A stretch of DNA of 64,000 nt from assembly GCA_004022145.1 (NCBI GenBank), contig RCNU01000009.1. One strand, 5' to 3'. The notes under the pieces are model-generated. The model searched no databases. It was not told the DNA's origin and saw nothing but the letters and a program-made list of their open reading frames with translations. Below are positions 13,974 through 26,342 of this stretch, one piece after another. A program made the translations under genes and the position numbers. Numbering within the stretch: position 1 is the stretch's first letter; every line of letters begins with the position of its first letter. The DNA is from Paecilomyces variotii (taxonomy: Eukaryota).

Positions 13974-14786
13974 ATGGATTCTCCTGACAAGACGAAAAAT
14001 GATACAGGGTATATCCCGGGTGATGATGCCTGGACGCAATGGCGAAACATCTTTTCCATCTTGGCCGGAAAGATGACCGACGAAGGCAAAGAGCAGTTCC
14101 GTATAGCACGGGATATACGCAATGAGGCTGCCGATTGTAAGCGGTGTGAGGACCAGCGGGATTACCTCCTACAGTACAGTGAGTGGTTTACCTGCAACAA
14201 TACGAGGAGTGCTCCAAACACATGAACTAACAGGAGAGATAGGCCCGATCATTCGATTCCTTAGCGACAACATCCGCCAGCTCGGAGGTGATATCTCGAG
14301 CCACAACATCTACTGTCGCCGTTGTACGACTCGGAAAGCAGGTGGATTTGATCCTGATTATGGTATCCAGATTTGCGCGAATGAAATGAGAGATCAAGGT
14401 CATCTGGAGGATACGATGGCACACGAGATGGTCCACGCATATGATCATTTGAGGTTCAAGCTGAATTGGACAGACAATCTCAGGCACGCAGCGTGCACAG
14501 AGGTATTCGCACAGAATTACTTACCGCCAATGGTCATATATTCTAACAACTCACGCAGATACGAGCAAGCTCACTCAGTGGAGAGTGCAGGTGGGCTCGG
14601 GAATTCTTTCGAAGGGGTCAGTGGAAATTGACGCAACAACATCAAGAATGCGTAAGACGGAGGGCTATCCTTTCTGTCAGGGCTCGGCCTGCCTGCAGAG
14701 ATGAGGCACATGCCGAGCAGGTAGTGAATGAGGTGTGGGACAGCTGCTTCAGAGACACGCGACCTTTTGATGAAATCTACCGGTGA
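13974..14786 (+). CDS. ATP23: Mitochondrial inner membrane metalloprotease/chaperone ATP23 (peptidase M76)
   Basis: [14 protein letters not shown] zincin motif, HAACTEIRA, C-terminal [12 protein letters not shown]. Two introns. Confidence 0.95.
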
Positions 14787-15041
14787 TATTTGACGTCCAA
14801 TTCGACTGGGTTGTTTATGATATTGTTACATAGGGTTCTTTGTGGCTGGCGGAGTTAGGGATCAAATGGTCGTCATTATTTGTACGAACCGTCTGTATAG
14901 TAGATTATCACCAATAATGCAAAGAAAAACTCCTGCCATAGATGTCAAACACCATGAACGCTCAGCCATCCGTGATCCTGATCCGAACCCAAACTCCATG
15001 CAAATATATTAATCAAGAAGATCAGAGCGATTCTGACCTGT

Positions 15042-16293
15042 CTATACTCTGCCATCTTTAGATGCTTTCTCTGTGGTCTTGTCGCTCTTCATGCAATGTT
15101 TCAAAATCCACGGGTGTCGTTGGATTTCGTCCAGCGGAATCCTCTTTTCCGGATCGAGCACCAGCAGCTAGACCAAGTCAGAAAAGGAATATAAATAACA
15201 AATAGTAGACTGTACATACCCTCTCTATTAGGTCCCTAGCCTCAGGACTCACGAAGGATGGAATAGTCATTTCACCTCTCCTTATCCTTCTCTGGGTCAT
15301 AACGGGAGTGTCTTCAAAGGGCGCCTCGCCGACCAAGAACTCGTATGTGAGCACACCCAAACTCCACAGGTCCACCTTTTCGCTGTAGTAGTTAGGCTGA
15401 GAGCCAGAATGCAGCATCTCTGGAGGAAGGTAGTCGAGCGTTCCACACATAGTTTGCCTCCTGTTGTTCGGTGCATGGACACTCCATCCGAAATCGCTGA
15501 TCTTGATCTCTCCATGGATTCCAACGAGGATATTCTCTGGCTTGATGTCACGGTGCATGACATGCTTCTTGTGCAAGTACTTAAGAGCCGCCGTCATCTG
15601 CGCAATGTATTGAGCGGCTTTCCACTCCGGAAAGCGACTCTCCTTCCGCAGATGTTTGTAGAGCTCTCCTTTCCCGGCGAATTCGAGGATCAGGAATATG
15701 CGCTTGCTGTCATGGAAATGACCAAAGAGACGTAGGACGTTGGGGTGCCGTAGATTACTCTGGATCTCAATCTCTCGTCTGACTTGTTTCTGGACTCCTC
15801 CTTGCTGTAACTCGGATTTGTGGAGCACCTTGAGCGCACAGATAAATCCAGATGATCGCTCCTTGGCCAGATATACTCTTCCAAATTTGCCCTTTCCGAG
15901 AGGCTTTCCAATCTCAAACATGCCGAGGTGCAGCTTTTTCGGCTCAGCCGGCTGCTGGTAAAGAGGAGCTGACGGGTTCTGGCTATCCTCCTCCGCATTG
16001 GACTTGCGGGGAGAAGCGGGATCTCTCGCATTAGTTCTTGCTTCATTGGTATTCTGCAATGCAAGCTTCAACAGATTGGATCTAGAGCTCTGCTGCCCTG
16101 ATGACCCAAGTCCTGAGATAGAAACGGCCGTTGAAACCGATCCCTAAGTACAGAATTAGCCATGGCGCCTTCGAGTGCAATATAAAGATGCACTTGCCTT
16201 CTGCTTGCCGTATGTATTGGCGTTCTTCGTTGAGGCGTTCTCATCATTGATGGACAAATGCTCTAAGCGAGCCTCCAAAGTCTTCGTCGCCAT
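15042..16293 (-). CDS. IPL1: Aurora kinase (Ipl1/Ark1)
   Basis: [56 protein letters not shown]. Intron 1 (16197-16144) is GC-AG. Confidence 0.96.
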
Positions 16294-16826
16294 GATAGCA
16301 GTGGGAATAGGATGTGATGGGAGCGATCAACACAGAATATATCGAAAGCAGATATTCTATTCAGATCTGGGTCATCGTCCAAGAGGCTGGAGGAGGTAAT
16401 TCAGTTTGCTGGATTGTAGAGAGTAGTCGATAGCTTTAGAGAAGAGAGCAGACATGTTTATCTGTGTCCAGGAGCTCTCCGTTTCCAGGGCAACATGTCG
16501 GATTGTCTGTTGTTCCGAACCACCGAAGCCACTGCTCCGCGTCTCGGCCCGTAGAGATGCCCCGCGATGGAGGAATAGTCGCCGCATCGGATCTTCTATA
16601 ATGACTAGACCATTTAATGGGGAGTCTGTTCCTGTCAGACCTGGGTATCTCTCACAGGCGCTTTATCATTCTCGCTGAAATTATTTCTTTAGCTGAACCA
16701 GATACCGTCAGTTGAGATCCAACACAACCGGCTCCTCTCTCCTACGGAGGTATACGCGCATACGTACCATACATCTTCCGTCGCTACAACATCATTCTTC
16801 ATAGCTAGCTGTAGTTAACTGCTAGT

Positions 16827-17791
16827 ATGTCAACAGGAGGAACTAGAACAGTGCGTCCTGGGGGGAGTAACCCCACGGGTGCTCCAGCTCTCTCTGCTGG
16901 CACGCAATCACCAAACACATTCTCCATTAAAGGATTCAAGATTACGACTCAGAAGTCACCCATTTTGAAAGCTGGGCCGATAGAGGAGATGACCCAAAAG
17001 CTCGGGATTACGGTACCTGAGATGATCTTTGGTGATAACTTTGTTGCCATTGAACATGAACCTAGCGGCTGGGGGATTGAGTTCAACGCATTTGATGCTT
17101 TAGACCGTGTCGATAAGACAGGTCAAAAAATGTTGAAAGTCGCATATTCACACGAGTGGCAAAAAAGCAGGTAAGTTTGTTCCAGGTGAACGTGCTTCTG
17201 CTGCTTGACTCTCGGCTGACAACTACCAGAGAGACTACCCATGAGGGAATAAAGGAAATCGTGAAACCGTTTGACTGGTCCTACAGCACAGATTACCAGG
17301 GTACCCTGCGTCCTACGGCTCCGCCGTTCACGAAGTCTCAAGACCCAATTCCTATCGAGCTACTGAAGCGCCCAGACCCTATTCTGTTCTTCGACGACGT
17401 GGTCCTATACGAAGATGAACTTGCGGACAATGGCATTGCCATGTTTTCCTGCAAGATTCGGGTGATGCCTGCAAGGCTTTTATTGCTCGCAAGGTTCTTC
17501 ATGAGACTCGACAACGTGATCTTCAGGATACGAGATACAAGAGTGTATGTTGACTTCGACACAAAAGAGGTCACCAGGGAACACCAGTTTAGAGAATGTG
17601 AATATGAGAAGGTTAGAAAGGTGTGTATAAGTGGTCTAGCCATAAAATGATTGTAAATTGGCGCTGACAACTTCAAGTCTCTAGCAAGTATAAGGGAGGA
17701 CGTCCCTGCTGTTATGCGAGACCCGAACAGGCTTTCTCAGATAATCCCGCTCGTCGATGCGAGCCTAGAAAAGGTCGCACTCGGGGCTTGA
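16827..17791 (+). CDS. TIP41: TIP41 (PP2A/TOR regulator, Tap42-interacting)
   Basis: PEMIFGDN, KPFDWSYSTDY, LYEDELADNG, RFFMRLDNV..RDTRVY. Two introns. Confidence 0.95.
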
Positions 17792-18318
17792 TGGGATTAT
17801 GGCCAAACAGCCATCTGAAACAACATCGCATTGGTGGTTTCCTCTGCCAAACAACATCTCACATCTATTCTTGACTGATTTGGCAGGATTAGCTTGCGAC
17901 GTAACATGTAGTCGCAATTAGCCAAGCTCAAGAAGGGAGAAGCCAGTCGACTTATGGCAGCCGTCTCAGTTGATACGGCGCTTTCAGAAGCTGACGAGGA
18001 CGCAGAATCCCAAGATGCAGATCCTCTAGCATGAGACTGAGGCGAAGGCAACATCACCTAACAGATAGAGCGAGCGTCAGCGTTCCTAGTATTAGTCGAT
18101 ACTAATGCCGCGGACAATCGGGTCTCCGTCATTCGCGGGCTGCGAAACGGTGTTAAAGTTCTTTCAAACAATGCAAACACAAATATCAAGAACAGCCTAG
18201 TTCATGTAATAATTGTTCGTAGGCCGCATATGAAGTAGACTCGACGACGCATCCAATTGCTCATAACTTTGGGAAAGACAGAATTCGAATATCTGCGTGA
18301 TCATCGAGCATTTCCGAG

Positions 18319-19526
18319 ATGATCTGCAGAGCCCCCTATTCCTCCGGTCTACGAGGACTGAGAGAGCATTCGCAGAAGACCATCCAGGTACAGCTAACCA
18401 TGTTACATCCTCTTCAGCGAAATCGAAGAATTAAGTACCTTGACCTGACCGATTCCCATAGTATCTAGATGCGCGAACTACGCATGCAGCCTCGCGAGCT
18501 TCGTACAGCTCTCAATCGATCTCATTAACCGGTCGTTCCGCAAGAGACTCCGAAATCGAATCTTCTGCTCTGCCATTCATCCGGAGTCCGAACCGGAATC
18601 AGAACAACTTTCGCCAGCCATCACATACCCCTAGGCGAACATTTCACCAAAGTCCTCCACAGCATGGATTAGCAAAGAGTCTCCTGCCGCGTGCCGGCAC
18701 GACGGTCGAAACGTACGTCGCGTACGGCTTGACACAGAAACTTTTCGAAGTCTGCTCCGCGCAGGCGGATTATAAGATCCCTCAAGTATCGCAGAAGGGA
18801 GTAGAGGTTCCGAAGACAGCACAGGGTGAAGATCTTGGTGTTGGGGACGGATGGTGGTATACAGGTGAGTGCTTGAAGAGCTTCCCCCTTGGCTATGCGA
18901 TGCACCGCTATGCAATGCTAGCTATCTTACTTCTTTTCAACCAAGCCAAGCCGATCTGACTCGTATGAACGATATTTCAAATAGATCTCGGTCTCCTCCC
19001 GACATTTTCGTCCTGGTCACAAGTCACCTTTCTTCACATGTACCTCCTCACCGTGCGACTACGAGCATTACCCTCTCCTCAGAGTCTGAACACCTATTCG
19101 CGCCATCTCATTGATCATTTCTCGCACAACGCAGAGCAGCGCATGGACGTTCTACACGGCATATATAGCCGCGGTATCCGCAACAAGTATCTCAAGGATC
19201 TATTCATCCAGTGGCGTGGTATTCTCGCTGCGTACGATGAGGGCCTCGCCAAGGGCGATGCCGTCCTGGGTGCTGCGGTGTGGAGAAATCTGTGGAAGGC
19301 AAGCCATACTGATGCTAATGGGCAAGATATTGACTGGGCGAAAGTCGCTCGTGTAGTTGCGTATATGAGACGCGTCCTCACCGAATTGGCTCAGGTGGAC
19401 GAGGCTGATCTTGTATTGGTGCTGGGACGGGAGCATGCCGGGAAGCCTCCAATTTTCGGCTACAGTGAACTTGATAAGATGCTGGTGGAAGGGAAAAGAT
19501 CGCCTGCTGCCACAAAGGCGAACTAA
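18319..19526 (+). CDS. CBP3: Ubiquinol-cytochrome c reductase chaperone CBP3/UQCC1
   Basis: Arg/Ser-rich presequence-like exon 1 (ATG 18319). WSQVTFLHMYLL, QWRGILAAYDEG..DAVLGAAVWRN. Introns at about 18388-18461 and 18865-18983. Confidence 0.9.
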
Positions 19527-19831
19527 GGATGGGATTTTTGCTTGTCGGGAGAAAATGTAAAACATCTCTAATTTTCCTTCGAAGAATCGGTATCTGGTTG
19601 TGTTCTTGGCCGATAACATATGCCGGATACTGTTGTGTGTTATTCTCACCTATGATGTAGTACTATTGATATTGTATTATTTGCGAGTGTAGTTTAGAAA
19701 CGAATGGTCGAGATCAATGATGACAGAGGATGCCAGTCCGCGTCAAAAAAAAAAAAAAAGTTCTGGGGCATATTATATGCTTGGATTTCTTCAATTTCTA
19801 CTTTCTACAACCTCTAATGATTCTAGTCATT

Positions 19832-22228
19832 CTAGTTACCTTTTTGCCCGAAGAGGTCTTTCTCCACCATTCCGCGACAGATAGGGTGGTAGAAATCCTT
19901 GAGTCCCTCGAAAGTCTGGATGGCAATGTCACGATTGAATTTCGCCAGGTTTCGGTACCTTGAAATTTGGTCAGCTTGAAAGATTTCCAGGAACACATGT
20001 GTACAACATGCAGATCAATATCGGTTCACGTGGGGTAACGTACAGTGGTCGCACAAACTTCATTCGTCCGATTCTTCCCAGGAGCGATCTTGTCGGTTCG
20101 ACGACGCTCTCATCTCCTGCCTTGAGACCCACCTGGAAGTACAGGTTCGTGACCTCGATGTTCTCGCTCTTCGCGAAACCGTAGGCCTCGCCCATCCGTT
20201 TGGACTGGCTAGGCGACAAGGGTTTCTCAAACTGCAGAATCTGGTCAAGGAATACGACGACCTGGTTGGCCATGAGATCCTTAACATCAGATTCTTTTGG
20301 CTCAAAGGATTCATCTTTCCACTTCTCGGCCAGTTTATATGCCACATCGACGAGGGTTGTGTCGAAGTCCGGCTTAGGCGGAAGTCCGGGTGAGTAGAAC
20401 CAGCTGTCCCAGTCAAGATCATTCAGCAGTTTGGATGCTTCAGCATCGTTGGCAAAGAATTCTAGAATAGTGGCTTTGAATTCATAGGAGTCCACAGATT
20501 TCTCCTTGAAAAGCGTGAAGTACTATACAGCTTTTAGCTTCATTCCAGCGCTGCCAGCTACGTATGAGGCACTTACATGGGGGATGAACTTGTCGAACTT
20601 GGGTTTTCCAACCAGATTCTCGAGGTGGAACAGGAAGTTGAAGCCCTTTTCGTATGGGATGCTGGAGAATGCATCATCGGGATCCTTGCCCTTGAGATCG
20701 ACGACGAGCTTGGTAAATTCGTGGTCAGAGCCAAAGTGATTGACAGAGTCCGTCAGTGCCTTCCACCCGATAATGGACGAAAAGTGTCGGTATTTTTCAC
20801 CGTGCCTGCGAACTTCAGTAAGCGGAATCATGGAGTATCTCGGCAAAGTGCGCTCACAGTGCAGCCAAAATCTGCAATCGCGTCAGCCGGTTAAAACACC
20901 AAATAGTGATAATAACAGGGATGGGAATACATACTCGTCGTTCAAGGTAGACTGTCCATCCCTCGTTCAGCCAGAAATGTTCCCATGAAGCGTTGGTAAC
21001 CAGGTTACCACTCCAACTGTGCGCGAGTTCGTGGGCGATGACATCAATGTTTTCCCGATCCTTAGGCATACCAGGTCAGCGGTTGGAGATCCACGCTGTC
21101 GTAAAGCCGCATGGCTACTAAGATGACATACCTTAGAGATGATGCTGGGCGTTGCGAAGGTGAAAATCGGGTTCTCCATGCCACCATACGGGAAGCTTGG
21201 CGGTAGTACAAGCACGTTGTACTCTCCCCAAGCATATGGGTACACGATTTTCTAAAGGAGAATTAGTCAGTGTGATAGTAGTACCAATCTGAAATCATAG
21301 CCCGACCTCGATAGCATTGATGAATTTCTCCGTGTCTGCCTCCAGCTCCCATTTGCATTCGTCCAACTTGTCCGGACTGGTTGCCACCACACTTCTAGGC
21401 CCAATTCGAGCCTCAGCGATATCTCTTCAATTTCAGTCAGTGATCGCAAATCTCTAAGTATCTATACAAAGGCGGGTCACTACTCACCCACTTGCCAAAG
21501 CAAAGAGATAGCTTGGAATCGGCACGTTCTGTTTGAATTGGTACTTCTGGTGACCAGGCTTGTCGGCAGGAACAGGTTGTCCAACCGGCAAGCCACTAGC
21601 AATTACGGGATACGGCGACGTGATGTTGAATTCAATCGTAGCCTTGACATCCGGCGTATCCTGACACGGGAAGATGGACCGGGCATGGATTGCCTGGCAT
21701 TGGGAAACTGGTCCAGAGATTAATATCAATAAGCCTAAGAAATGATCGGTCGAGTCATGTTACTAACACATGTAAGGATGGCGTCCATTTGATGTCTGTG
21801 CCGGTGTCAACCACTGGAGCGCAGTACATTTTTCCGTCGTCTTGACCGAAATCTAGATATCATTAGTTTATAGCTCGTAGTTCGCTAGAAGTAAAGTCAC
21901 GCACGCCAACTTCGACGCTCTTGTTCAGCTCGACACCCTTGGCAAGTTCGATCTTCAGACCATTCCCATATGGTCCTAAAGCGGGAAGCAGTTCCCATTT
22001 TGCCGGTTCCCCATCTACCTTGACGTCGCCGATCTCCAGATAACTGGTGTCAAAGATAATCTCTCTGGACTCGGAATTGGTCCTGGACTTGAGCTGGTGC
22101 ACAACGTTTCCCGCAACTTTCTTTTGATCGAACAGGATATCAAAATTGGCAGTGATATGGGTCGAGAGCCAATTGTTATAATTGCTGAGCGTGTTAGGAT
22201 CACGCGGGGGGTTGATCGTGGTCGCCAT
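19832..22228 (-). CDS. LAP2: Leukotriene A4 hydrolase / leucyl aminopeptidase (peptidase M1)
   Basis: [36 protein letters not shown] zinc motif, [10 protein letters not shown]. Many introns. An upstream in-frame ATG lies at 22351. Confidence 0.96.
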
Positions 22229-22960
22229 CCTACGTATATAGACTCTTGGCAGGGCCCAGATGACCTGGTCGTTGCGAAACCCGGATCGACGAACAGAAGT
22301 AAAACCCCTGGAAAAGCTGACTTGGCAAAGTCGATGCGGAATGGCGAGCATATAGTATCGTTTTGTGCGTCGCGACCGTCGAGGTGGTAAAATTTGGGTC
22401 GGAGCGGGGAATTGTTGATGTTGCACCTGACGGTGACGCTATTCTTTTTCCTTTGAGCGGCTATCCACGGTGCAAGTTTGTTCGAGCCAGGACCATGGAC
22501 GTCCACTTTCACTCAAGGATATCCTCAGAATAGTACGATGATGATAATCCATGCTGCCTTCAAAGGTCGAGTAAGATTGGCACCCTACTTCCTGGCCACC
22601 CACCTCCTAGCCGCCGCGTTAAGATATCATTTAATGAAGGAAATCCTTTGTCTAGCGCAGAAGGATCTAAAGGTCTTAGCAGAGAGGTACTAAAGTGTCC
22701 CCGACAGTCGCATGGGTTCTCCACGACTATGATCCAAAGCCAAAGCTGTCTCGGAGAAGGACAACGCGGGAGGACCTAGTGGAGGAAAGGATAAGATTGG
22801 GGTTTAGGGTTTAAGAAAGCGACCAGTTCGTCTTTCGCGAAAGATGGTAGGGGCACTATTGTTGTTACATTCTGCGTCTGGATACAGAAACCACATAAAA
22901 AAAATCAGATCGTCTTCCCGTCCGTACCCAATGATGACATTGCCCCCATATGTCCTCTCT

Positions 22961-23744
22961 CTACACGTACCACTCGTAATAGTAAGAGCGTGTGTGATTG
23001 ATCCTGCCCTCCTTATAATCTTCAGTCTGCAAATAGTCAGTTAGAGCTGTACGCAAGTTGGTTGAGACCTACTAGATCTTTAACAAAATAGTCCATCATC
23101 TCAATCTCTTCCTTGAACCATTTCTCTTGTTTCGGTGAAAGGGGGCCCTCTGAAAATGTCTGGGCAGAATCAAAATCAATCCAAAGCACTCTATCCTGCT
23201 CTCCTTCTGCTATCATCATATTCCTTGGGTATGGATCACCGTGAAGAATCCTGACCTGATGGATATCCTTAAGAATATGATAAAGCTCTGCCAGGCGATG
23301 TTCTGAGAAATTTGATAGACCAATTGGCTCCATATTTGCAATATACTCGATAATAATGGCATTCGGAGGTAGTTTATCCCCAATAAACATATGCAAGCTT
23401 GGCCAGAGGGTTGGTTGTATGTTTGTGATTGTGCCATAAAAATCGGGAACAACTCCTCGCGTACATAGCCCTTTTGCTTTCATCCGCCGGTAAGCAGTAG
23501 ACTCACATGTAAAGAGATCTACTTCAAGGTCTGGAGAACTAGCATCAGATCGGCTTCTGCTATGATACTTATAGAATTTAGTAATATCTCAATTATTAGT
23601 TGATTAGTTGAGTTCTCTTACCACTTTCATAACACAAATTGTCCCATTGACAGCCACCTTAAAAATAGCAGTATTCTTAGACTCTTTCAGCTTCTCAAGG
23701 AACACCACATCTGAAGGGTTGAGTTCGTCAAGCTCGTCAGCCAT
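22961..23744 (-). CDS. Small atypical protein kinase-like protein (227 aa, 3 exons, intact)
   Basis: Exons 23744-23622, 23567-23073 and 23026-22961 with GT..AG introns splice into an uninterrupted ORF. Beta-3 lysine (CVMKV), helix-C Glu (CESTAY), hinge IIIEY, catalytic loop HGDPYPRN, metal-binding WIDFD. Confidence 0.85.
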
Positions 23745-24339
23745 GCTTGCAGTAGCGACGAGCTCCTTGAAGGTATGACAATATGTATAGAAAAAGTGCG
23801 TTGCCAGGTGAAGTTGAAGAATAATAAGATCATGCCAGCCTTGCCACCCCTGGGATGATGTATTGTTGCCTGAGGCATAGAGGCCCACATCCGAATTTAG
23901 AAATCATAGTTTCGGCTCGTACAAGGAACGCAACCTTTCCGGCGCTTTCTCCGCTGATTCTCAACCAATTGCTTTAGACTCATCTATTCTTGTCCAAACG
24001 TGGCTGACCCCTGGCGCTTCCTATCTGTTCGCTGAACTGGATTGTCAGCCAATTCTTTTTTTCTCTCCTATTGACATTGAGACATGGCTGAATCCTGCTA
24101 CATTCAACGCGCCGACAATATCCTCCCGGCGCTGTTCTGGAACGAGCGGCAAACGATGCGATGACTCTCGCGCCTTAGTTTTCGCTAGATCAAGGAGCAT
24201 ATAAAGCCTGAAAAAGGTGCCGTGGTTGTAATTGTCTTTCGCTCCGATAATCACAACTGGAATAATTCTATTAACCTTTTGTTTACGTTGATCCCTATCT
24301 TATCCCCAGTATATATTGTTAGCTCATCCCTCAGTCATT

Positions 24340-25125
24340 ATGGCAAATCAGGTTAGCCTTATGGCGTATTTATAGCATGGCTTCTTGCGGCTGCCAGTCA
24401 TTGACCAAGGATAATTATCACAGAACACACGAAACGATCAGTATAGGGCTGCAGATATTATTAATGTGGGCCACTGGGCTGGATTCAATCTCGCTTCCAT
24501 CCGCCAACAGTTTGGTGTGGTTTTGGCGCAAGCACGGATCGCAGACGAATTAGTAAATCCCTTTCCTCCTCGGCCAATCAACTTGGAAACTGCTGTTCGA
24601 TCCTGTATCGACGCTTATCTGACTAACTGGATAACATGTGTATTTCGCTGTGGCTTTGTGTATATGAATTCCACCTAACAGCTGGCTGGTTGTACGGTTT
24701 TGAACTATGATGTCGGGACAATGGCCGCAACCCCTAAAAACTATATTCCTGATATTGCTATGTTTGATCTAATTCTCCCTCTAATGACTAGGCCGAACCG
24801 CGTCCCAGGCGATATTAAACCCTTATACAAGTGGTCACTTGCTCAAAGAAACGGGCCCCGTCCTAGTGTTTAAAATGAATTTAAGCAGGTCTTGTCTCAA
24901 GTTAATTTCTATATGAAACAACATCATGCGCGCTATAGCTTCATTCTCACAGATACTGAACTTGTTGCTATCCGAAGGCTTGATAGAAATGGAAACTTGG
25001 AACTTTCACCATCCATACTGTGGACGACAAAAGGTACCGACGAAGAGCCACAGTTGACTGTTCTACTTGGCTTATGGTATTTGGGGATGCTCGCTTCAAG
25101 AGACCAAGACTGGTTCCTTGATTGA
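24340..25125 (+). pseudogene. PD-(D/E)xK restriction-endonuclease-fold nuclease-like gene with four premature stops
   Basis: Single frame from ATG 24340 to TGA 25125 (261 codons, no frameshift). Stops TAG 24373, TAA 24412, TAA 24676, TAA 24871. Motifs YIPD (PD at 24748), PGDIK (24805-24819), SQVNFYM (QxxxY), followed by RYSFILTDTELVAIRR. Confidence 0.75.
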
Positions 25126-26342
25126 TCGCAAGTTCCTGGGGAGAAGGGTTAAAACAAGACTCCATCAATTCACACCTCTGCACCTCTCTAAATGTGGGCC
25201 CATTATTGGGCCAGTTTATAGTTCTTGTTCTACTCCTTTGTCTCTAGTACAGTGTTCTTTGTGAGGTTGTACCTACATCTTTCCTTGAGATTACTTTGTT
25301 TTTTTGGCCCTATGTTAGTTTTTATATGAATGGTAAATATGTTTACATACATTGCTCAGGCGTTAATCGATTCAATAGATACTTCAGCTTAAAAAATATG
25401 TATGGATATGAGGTCCATCTTTCCTTTTGCAGAAAACAAGCCAAATGGCCATAAACCATTAGATCCCACTGTCCCTCCTGGGACTGCCAATCAATTAAGG
25501 TGAAGTCTGCTCAAACTGCTAGATTAGATACGAAAATATCCATGTTCACTGCCTAGGCCAGCAAAATTGCTTCTGCAGGAGCTTTCCCGTAATATTCATG
25601 TCCAATGACTGACACTGAATTATTAACTAGTCGAAACACCAAGGCTGAGGGTAGCAAACTAAAAGAGACCTGCCAGCTGTGAATGCTCCGAGGGATGATC
25701 TTATTAGCAGCTACGCATAAGACCATCCTTCTCTTTAAGAATCCCCGACATCTTATCAAATATTTCGCCCCTCAACTTGAGCGACATATAGGGCTATTCC
25801 TTTGAGTCGACATAATCAGATCGCTTTTAGGACCCCGGTCCGACAAAAACCGGCAGTCTCTTGCTTGACAAGCTATGGTGAGTTGCTCCTTACGAAGGCG
25901 CAGGGGTTCGCGGGGAGGGATTGATTGGTAGGTAGCTTATAGGCACAGCCGAGCGACGCTGCGACGAGGCTTGAAAGTGACATGAATAATTAAAAAGACA
26001 AGGGAGGAAGCAAGGAAACAAAACTGGAGAACAGCAGCGACAATGATAGACCCGCAGCTTGTGATGAGGTTGTGAAGATCTACTGGATTCGCGGCGATAA
26101 TGACTACACCAAATCCCATGGGATCCCATGGGATACATCAACTCTGATAGAGAAATCCTACAGGAACAGAGACCAATATAGTACTCTCAACTTATAAAGA
26201 ATGAAGATCTGGTTGGATTAGCGTCAAGACATTGAATGGGGCATTAAGGCAATGACGGAATCAGAATAAAGAGTGAAAGTATCGTGAGCTAGAAATTGCT
26301 ATGATGCTGGAAGAAAGTTTGACCTGAAGAAAGGAGAAGAAC

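Noticed and set aside
17797..18080. Minus-strand branch point/acceptor-like signal and 86-aa ORF between TIP41 and CBP3
   Set aside because: No convincing donor, start or protein motif, and no proper C/D boxes for a snoRNA.
22799..22816. GGGGTTTAGGGTTTAAG, telomere-like sequence near the island edge
   Set aside because: Only one true TTAGGG unit; expected by chance.
24045..24254. 69-aa ORF between the kinase and the nuclease, as a possible third component
   Set aside because: Non-ATG start, no motif, and it lies in the presumed shared promoter.
26113..26134. Perfect 22-bp palindrome ATCCCATGGGATCCCATGGGAT
   Set aside because: Explained by a 10-bp tandem duplication of a self-complementary word; no associated feature.
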